Part shown: positions 26,557-31,804 of the stretch, piece by piece
How positions within the stretch are numbered: the stretch's first letter is position 1
How the letters are laid out: every line of letters begins with the position of its first letter
DNA from: a virus
Lineage: Duplodnaviria > Caudoviricetes
Length of the DNA: 31,804 bases
Reading direction: 5' to 3' (one strand)
Virus record (IMG/VR): IMGVR_UViG_3300037484_001249
Span: 1 to 31,804 of that record
Program-made: the position numbers and the translations under genes
The notes under the pieces: model-generated
What the model saw: only the letters and a program-made list of their open reading frames with translations
Told to the model about the DNA's origin: nothing
The model's database searches: none

Positions 26557-27051
26557 CTACGCCACCTCTGGAGGGGGCCGAGGTGGCTCCGGCACCTGCG
26601 CGTTCCGCCTGCGCAGCACGCGCAGGACGGTGCCCGCTCCCGCCGCCTCGAACGCCATCACCGGCCTTGCCGGCTCGATGCCCGCCGCGAGACGCTCCTG
26701 GCGAGCCGCGCGCACGAAGACCTGGGCGAGTTTATCCAGCGCGCTTCCCGAGACGCCCCGTCCGCTCGCCTCGCCCTCGTCGAGCCTCTTGTTCGCGAGC
26801 TGCAAAAGCCGGCTCGCGAACCGCCGATGCTTCCCGAGCATCGCGGCGACGCTCTCGACGTCGCGCTCGCGGGCCTTCTTCTCCGCCTTCTGGCCGACGA
26901 TCTTCCGCTGGACCGACCACTTCTCGCGTGCGGACCTCTTCTCGACGGACGAAAGGGAGAACCCGAACCTCGCGGCGAGCTTCTCGAGGCTCCCCTCTCC
27001 TCGCCGGTACGCAGCCTTCAGCGCCGCCCAGTCCTTTCGTGAGTGCGCCAC
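26557..27051 (-). CDS. terS: Terminase small subunit (N-terminal HTH)
   Basis: DWAALKAAYRRGEGSLEKLAARFG...REKW; abuts terL; GGAGGAG RBS. Confidence 0.8.
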   Translation of the reverse strand: MAHSRKDWAALKAAYRRGEGSLEKLAARFGFSLSSVEKRSAREKWSVQRKIVGQKAEKKARERDVESVAAMLGKHRRFASRLLQLANKRLDEGEASGRGVSGSALDKLAQVFVRAARQERLAAGIEPARPVMAFEAAGAGTVLRVLRRRNAQVPEPPRPPPEVA

Positions 27052-27271
27052 GGCTGCGCGCTCCTCCGAGCCGTCGAGCGACCGCCAAGGTCACGCGAGA
27101 GGGAGCCTCCTGGGCTCGCCTCCAGCTCGGGATGTCGGCGCTCGGGGTTGCGCTGGGTAGGAAGCGAACGGGCCGCCCGGTGAGGAGCGGCCCGTGTGAG
27201 CGGAAGGAGTAGTTCGGCTGAGGCTACATCGGTCGAGGACCTCGTCGGCGTACTTGCGTCAGCGTGCCCGA

Positions 27272-27342
27272 ATTCTCGCGCGGGGCCGCTACCGCTGTCC
27301 AGATCCACGGCGAAGAAAACGTGGCCAATCGTGGCCAATCGT
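27272..27342 (-). promoter_or_regulatory. Candidate late promoter with upstream 10-bp tandem repeat
   Basis: TGGACA (27301-27296)-N18-GAGAAT (27277-27272); (CGTGGCCAAT)x2 at 27320-27339. Confidence 0.45.
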
Positions 27343-27348
27343 ACCCGG

Positions 27349-27627
27349 CTACGAAGTCTCACCAGGGTGCCGCTCGCGCTCGCGGCGGAGGAACGCCAAC
27401 ACCTCGAGCTCCGGCACGCACAGCTTCGCGCCGACGCGCTGGGCACCTGGGAACGCGCCCTCACGCAGGAGCCGGCGAACGCTCCGCTTCGAGTGCCCGA
27501 TGCGCCGCGCCACCGTGGAGAGCGGCAGCAGCGGGTTCGCCTTCGTGCCGGGTTCCGTCGTCCGCGCCTCCACGTGGTCGTGCAGCTCGCTCGTCCGGAT
27601 CTCGTCCGCGCTCCCGCCCATGGTCAT
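27349..27627 (-). CDS. Excisionase/MerR-like HTH DNA-binding protein
   Basis: LLPLSTVARRIGHSKRSVRRLLREGAFPGAQRVG..LCVP. Confidence 0.8.
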   Translation of the reverse strand: MTMGGSADEIRTSELHDHVEARTTEPGTKANPLLPLSTVARRIGHSKRSVRRLLREGAFPGAQRVGAKLCVPELEVLAFLRRERERHPGETS

Positions 27628-28145
27628 CCCTCGCCCCGTTCGTCATCCTCGAGCAACCGCATCTCCCTCAGCCTCCGGTGCACGATGCGCCGCGCGCGCT
27701 CGAGGCGCCCCTTCATGAGCCCCTCACCGACGCCGGCATCCTCGGCGATCCAGGAGCACGCGCGGCCCGCGCCGAAGTGCTGCTCGAGCCACACGTAGAG
27801 CTGCTCACGCCGCTTGTCGCGCTCGGGCCCGGCGAGCCCTCTCGCGGCATCGTCCTGAGCCAGCTTGATCGCGTACGCGACGTGCGCGTCGAAGATCCGG
27901 CCTGGGTCGTCGAGCGCGCGGTTCGGCCTGCCGCTCCCCTCTCGGTCGGGGTCGAGGTGCAGCCCGCGCGCGCACGAGAGCGACTCCTTCCGCCGGAAGT
28001 ACCGGCAAAGCGCCCAGGCTGCGCCGCGGATCGTGCGGCGGCCGGCGGCGCGGTCCTCCAGGATCATCTTCACCCGATACGCGAGCGCGGTCGCGCGCCG
28101 GCGCTCGGCGCAAATCCGGCAGGCGCATGTCGCCGTTCCGTGCAC
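27624..28145 (-). CDS. Putative late transcription regulator with a sigma region 4-like C-terminal HTH
   Basis: WIAEDAGVGEGLMKGRLERARRIV; N-terminal CACRIC; position before the packaging genes. Confidence 0.5.
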   Translation of the reverse strand: MHGTATCACRICAERRRATALAYRVKMILEDRAAGRRTIRGAAWALCRYFRRKESLSCARGLHLDPDREGSGRPNRALDDPGRIFDAHVAYAIKLAQDDAARGLAGPERDKRREQLYVWLEQHFGAGRACSWIAEDAGVGEGLMKGRLERARRIVHRRLREMRLLEDDERGEG

Positions 28146-28366
28146 TACTCATCCTCTCGCTCGGGCATGCGCGCGAAGACGGCGCGCGCCCGCGCAAGTA
28201 GATCCAGGATCCGGTCTGCGCGATCCCGGTCCGCCTCGGCGCCGGAGCGCGCTGCCGCGAGGTGCCTCGGCGTAGCCGCGACGTGGTTCGCCGCCTGCAG
28301 CTTCGCCGCCCGAACGCTTCCGCGGACGAACTCCAGGTCGTCACCGTCGAGCATCACATCCCGCAT
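28145..28366 (-). CDS. Hypothetical protein (73 aa)
   Basis: GAGGAGG RBS before ATG 28366; stop overlaps the next start. Confidence 0.65.
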   Translation of the reverse strand: MRDVMLDGDDLEFVRGSVRAAKLQAANHVAATPRHLAAARSGAEADRDRADRILDLLARARAVFARMPEREDE

Positions 28367-28534
28367 ACGGCCTCCTCGCTTCTCTCGTCGCCCTATAAGG
28401 ATCGCGCGCACGCGCCCGCGCGTGTCTTTGTAGCCGGGCAACGATCGCTGTCGACCCCCTCCCGACCCCTGGCGCGGTAGCGATCGCGGCCCGCGAGGGC
28501 CTTCCTGTTCGTCTAACGCGCGACGGTGCGAGGG

Positions 28535-29083
28535 TCACGCTGCCCCCGAGAGCTGCCGCGCGATCCGGAGCGTGTCCGAGTCGAGCGCCGCCACCACGGC
28601 CGCGATCGCGTCCGCCGCGTGCTCAACAACCCCCGCCGGCGTCGGCCACTGCACACCGGGGTACCGCTGCTCCATCGCCGCGATCACGTCCTCCTTCGAC
28701 CCGTCCCGTCGCCCGCACGCCGCGCGCTTCACGTCTTGGACGGTCACCTGGACGAGCGGGAGCCCAAGCAGCTTCGCGGTCGCGACCATGGCGCCGAACG
28801 CGAGCCCGAGCGCGCGCGCCGACTTCGCGTGCTGGGATCCCGCCGGTGATTCGATCACGAGCGCCACTGGGCGGCGCCGAGCGATCACCTGGTGCAGCCC
28901 ACCGACGAGCTCGGCGACCCGGCGCGCGTCGTCCTCGGCGACAAGGAGCTTGCGCTTCTTCGCTGAGGGCTCCGTGCGGATGACCTGGAGCTCGACGACG
29001 CGGTCCTCCCGAAAATTGAGGCGTAGGTCTATCGCGGCAATACCAAGATTGCAGAGGCTCGGGTCCAGGCCGAGAACGATCAC
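28535..29083 (-). CDS. ruvC: RuvC-like Holliday junction resolvase
   Basis: IVLGLDPSL, LVIES, VKRAACG...SKEDV, HAADAIA. Confidence 0.9.
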   Translation of the reverse strand: MIVLGLDPSLCNLGIAAIDLRLNFREDRVVELQVIRTEPSAKKRKLLVAEDDARRVAELVGGLHQVIARRRPVALVIESPAGSQHAKSARALGLAFGAMVATAKLLGLPLVQVTVQDVKRAACGRRDGSKEDVIAAMEQRYPGVQWPTPAGVVEHAADAIAAVVAALDSDTLRIARQLSGAA

Positions 29084-29286
29084 GGTGACACCTCCGGGGG
29101 CTGCTGCTTCTCGGGGACGCGGTACTTCCGCACGAGGTCCGCCACCGCCTCGCGCAGGTAGTCGGACTGCCGGATGCGGGTGCGGCTCGCGAGCTCACGC
29201 AGCTCCGCGGCGATCGCCGGCGGAAGCCGAATGAGCATCGGGACGAAGGGTTCATTCCGGTTCGCGCGGCAGTGCGAGCAGGTCAT
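29080..29286 (-). CDS. Ribbon-helix-helix DNA-binding protein
   Basis: MLIRLPPAIAAELRELASRTRIRQSDYLREAVADLVRKY. Confidence 0.85.
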   Translation of the reverse strand: MTCSHCRANRNEPFVPMLIRLPPAIAAELRELASRTRIRQSDYLREAVADLVRKYRVPEKQQPPEVSP

Positions 29287-29456
29287 GGGAGCCTCCTGGC
29301 TCGACGAAGTCGGTTAGCGTCGAGCGAGACGAGCGTCTGTGTCTTCCCCTGGATCTCGCCGGCGAGGCGTCTACGCCGGGCTCGGGCGCGCGCGAGTGGG
29401 ACGAGCGCGGTGAGCACGCCGACAGCCGAGAGGAAGGCGAGGACCGCTCCCGTCAC
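29283..29456 (-). CDS. 57-aa protein with N-terminal TM segment and basic tail
   Basis: GTG 2 nt after the dnaB stop, ATGA overlap downstream; MTGAVLAFLSAVGVLTALVPLARARARRRR. Confidence 0.5.
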   Translation of the reverse strand: MTGAVLAFLSAVGVLTALVPLARARARRRRLAGEIQGKTQTLVSLDANRLRRARRLP

Positions 29457-29458
29457 GT

Positions 29459-30928
29459 TCAGTCGACCTCCTCGAACCGCGAGTACTTCCGGTCCGCGTA
29501 GAGCCGCACTGTCCCTTTCGGACCTAGGCGCTGCGCGGCGACGATGAACGAAAAGGGGCCGTGCTCCCGTTTCTCGGGGTTGATCGCTAGGTCATACGGG
29601 TGGTGAAGGAAGCAGACCGCGTTCGCATCCTGCTCGAGCGCGCCCGATTCGCGGAGGTCGTGGAGCTGCGGCGGAGGCGTGGGCTCGTCTTCGGGCGGCG
29701 TTTCCGGCTCCTCGGGCTCAGGCGGCGGCGCCGGAACGCCCGGCAGTCGCATCGGGTCCTGCTTCGCTTTCGCTTTCGCCTTCCGTCGTGGCGGCCGCCA
29801 CGGCCGCTCGCCGCGCTTCGCCGCGTCGCGGTTGAGTTGTGCGAGGGCGAGCACGGGAACGCCGGTGCGCTGCGCGAACGACTTCAGCGACCTCGAGATC
29901 GTGGCGACGACCTGCTCGCGCGTCGCGTTCCGCCCGAGGTCGAGCTGCACGAGCTGCAGATAATCGACGACGACCAGCGCGAGCCCGCACTTACGGTGCA
30001 TCTTCTCGGAGATGCGCAGAATGGCGCCGAGACCGTGGTGGTAGTGGTTCGCGTGCAGGTAGCCGCTTGTGCCGTCCGGCGTTCGGCGCTCGATCGCCTT
30101 CGAGATCGCGGCCCAGGTATCCGATGAGAACTTCGTCGAGTCGTCGTCGTCGAAGAACTCCGTCGAGTCGATCGAGAGATCGCGAGAGATGTCGAGCGCC
30201 ACCACCTCGGGCACGCTCATCTCGAGCGAGTGGAACAGGACGTGCTGGCGCCGAAGAGCGATCGCGTCCGCGACCTGCCGCGCCCAGGTCGTTTTCCCGA
30301 TCTTCGAGCGCGCGCCGAGGACGATCAAGTTCCCGGGCCTGATGCGCAGAACACGATCGATCCGTGAGTAGCCCGTCTTGAGCCTGCGCGCAGCTCCAGC
30401 CTTCACCTGCTCGACGGCATCGAGCGTGTCGCGAGCGGCCTCCTGGTACGAGAGCACCTCCGGCTGCTCGGGCCGGTCGAGATCGAGCAGATTCGCGGTG
30501 ACGCCGGCGATGATGTCCTCCGTCGCCGCGCCGTGGTCGAGAGCCTCGACGGCTCCGATCAGCATCGCGCGCGTCTTCGTCCGGCGGTGCCGATCGAGCA
30601 GCGCCTGCGCAGAGTCGCGGATCACGCCCGGGCCGTTCGTCAGGACGTTGTCGGCTTGGTACTCGGCCGTCTGTAGCGTCGCGCCCGCCCCGTCGGTGAG
30701 GCCGGCTTCGGCGATGACGAGCGCGTGGTCGACGCGCCCGCTCGGGAGCCGCTTCGCGCGAGCTAGCCGCTCGAGCCCCTCGAGCGCCTGGCGGAGTTGC
30801 CCGTGGTGGATCACGTCTGCGCGGAATCCCGCGGGTAGCTCGTGCAGCGCGTCGCCGCGGTGGAGGATCGCTCCAACGACGCGCATCTCGAGCTCGAGCG
30901 CCGTGACCTCGGTTCCCGCGGATCTCAC
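29459..30928 (-). CDS. dnaB: DnaB-like replicative helicase
   Basis: GARSKIGKT, HSLEM, VVVDYLQL, LAQLNR, DLRESGALEQDA. Confidence 0.93.
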   Translation of the reverse strand: MRSAGTEVTALELEMRVVGAILHRGDALHELPAGFRADVIHHGQLRQALEGLERLARAKRLPSGRVDHALVIAEAGLTDGAGATLQTAEYQADNVLTNGPGVIRDSAQALLDRHRRTKTRAMLIGAVEALDHGAATEDIIAGVTANLLDLDRPEQPEVLSYQEAARDTLDAVEQVKAGAARRLKTGYSRIDRVLRIRPGNLIVLGARSKIGKTTWARQVADAIALRRQHVLFHSLEMSVPEVVALDISRDLSIDSTEFFDDDDSTKFSSDTWAAISKAIERRTPDGTSGYLHANHYHHGLGAILRISEKMHRKCGLALVVVDYLQLVQLDLGRNATREQVVATISRSLKSFAQRTGVPVLALAQLNRDAAKRGERPWRPPRRKAKAKAKQDPMRLPGVPAPPPEPEEPETPPEDEPTPPPQLHDLRESGALEQDANAVCFLHHPYDLAINPEKREHGPFSFIVAAQRLGPKGTVRLYADRKYSRFEEVD

Positions 30929-31803
30929 CCCTTCACCCCTTGTGCTGCGCGCTCCGTGGCTTCTTCCTCAGGTGTCTTCGGTGGGACGTACACTGGGCGT
31001 TTCAGTCCCGTCGCCTCCTCCCATGTTTTACCGTCGGTGCGCACGAGGTACTCGCCGTAGTCGCGCCAGGCGGCGGGGTCGTTGAAGTCGGGATCCGTCG
31101 GCTTCGGGTTCTCGCCGGGTGCGCGGTCGATCGGCGTCTCTTGCTCGCCAAGGAAGTCGAGGAACCAGTCGAGGTACTTCGGGACGGTGCCGACCTCGCG
31201 AGCGTGCTCGGCGCAGAGCTCGACGGCGTACTCGAGGCCGAGGCGCTCCACGTGCCGGCGGATCGCCTCGGCACGCTCGCCCTTCGCCACACGGAGTGGG
31301 TTGGAGCTCAGGATCGCGAGCTTGTCGGCGAGCCCCTGCCGGAAGGCAGGCAGCAGGTCGGCACCGCCGCCCCCCTCGGATCCGTTCGCGTGCTCAAGTG
31401 CTGCTGCAGGCTCGGCTCGGCTCGGCTCGGCTCGGCTCGGCTCGGCTCGGCTCGGATCCGTCACCGCGTCACATCCGTCACGCGCGTGACGTTTGTGACG
31501 GCCGCGCGTCACGGCGTCACTCGCGTCACAGGGTGTCTTCTCCTGTGTATCGCCTGAGGATTTGGCCTTCTGACGGTCCCGCCATCGGGCCGTTCGCTCC
31601 GCTCCCGTCATCCCGATGTCCTGGGCCTCGCGGTAGTTCGGAATAAGCAGCTGGCGGCGTGACGTTCGGCCGTCACATTCGTCACGCACGCACCCGTCGG
31701 CGAGGAGGAGGCCGAGCAGTTGCTCGACCTCGGGAACATCTTCGGGCCTGCCGCCGAGGAGCACGACGACGGCCTGCGCGGGTGGCAGCTTGCCGCACTC
31801 GAT
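30925..31803 (-). CDS. Phage replication initiator protein (5' truncated by window)
   Basis: Frame open to the window edge; LIPNYREAQ...AERTARWRDRQK motif; internal iteron-like repeats; directly upstream of dnaB. Confidence 0.75.
   Translation of the reverse strand: MECGKLPPAQAVVVLLGGRPEDVPEVEQLLGLLLADGCVRDECDGRTSRRQLLIPNYREAQDIGMTGAERTARWRDRQKAKSSGDTQEKTPCDASDAVTRGRHKRHARDGCDAVTDPSRAEPSRAEPSRAEPAAALEHANGSEGGGGADLLPAFRQGLADKLAILSSNPLRVAKGERAEAIRRHVERLGLEYAVELCAEHAREVGTVPKYLDWFLDFLGEQETPIDRAPGENPKPTDPDFNDPAAWRDYGEYLVRTDGKTWEEATGLKRPVYVPPKTPEEEATERAAQGVKG
31411..31455. repeat. (CTCGG)9 pentanucleotide tandem repeat
   Basis: Nine exact units, encoding SRAEP x3. Confidence 0.95.
31459..31529. 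repeat. Eight CGTCAC/GTGACG hexamers; probable replication-origin iterons
   Basis: Copies at 31459, 31467, 31476, 31486 (inverted), 31495 (inverted), 31507, 31515 and 31524, inside the initiator gene. Confidence 0.7.
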
Positions 31804-31804
31804 G

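Larger units (their letters stand above)
1..31804. mobile_element. Temperate tailed phage (siphovirus-type, P22-coat-like capsid), partial genome spanning attP, lysis, tail, head, packaging and replication modules
   Basis: Canonical gene order terS-terL-portal-gpF-scaffold-MCP-connectors-tail tube-TAC-TMP-tail tip-lysis; integrase end plus att core; no tail sheath; no host housekeeping genes seen. Confidence 0.96.

Noticed and set aside
28341-28538. 65-aa ORF starting at the ruvC stop
   Set aside because: Low-complexity Arg/Ala sequence that overlaps the better-supported 28145..28366 gene; the region may instead be a promoter
29669-29805. Intein in DnaB
   Set aside because: The insertion is too short and lacks the N-terminal C/S and C-terminal HN splice motifs
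1-31804. CRISPR array, diversity-generating retroelement, invertible tail cassette or recoded stop codons
   Set aside because: No repeat-spacer array, reverse transcriptase, TR/VR pair or invertase seen by eye, and genes are intact in the standard code; a self dot-plot would be needed to exclude diverged repeats

Overview
The whole window (very GC-rich, roughly 70% by eye) is part of a temperate siphovirus-type phage genome; a Myxococcota/Anaeromyxobacter-like host is inferred, not proven. The left end holds the 3' end of a probable tyrosine integrase and an apparently intact attP: a tRNA-Gly 3' fragment, arm-type repeats on both sides and a phage-supplied terminator. A short plus-strand accessory operon ending in an RHH regulator follows. 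The rest is one long minus-strand array. In transcription order it encodes a replication initiator with internal iterons, DnaB, RHH, RuvC, two late-regulator candidates, terS, terL, portal, gpF-like and gpG-like proteins, scaffold, P22-coat-like major capsid, head-tail connectors, tail tube, a chaperone pair joined by a -1 frameshift, tape measure and tail-tip genes. It continues with the endolysin, five membrane/lysis proteins, LamG and BppU-like genes and a stack of gene remnants. The best candidate for an undescribed system is a pair of beta-rich, capsid-decoration-like genes in the head operon. Each has a clear Sec signal peptide and exactly two cysteines, suggesting virion parts that mature in the periplasm. 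All product calls come from motif recognition and synteny; no searches were run.
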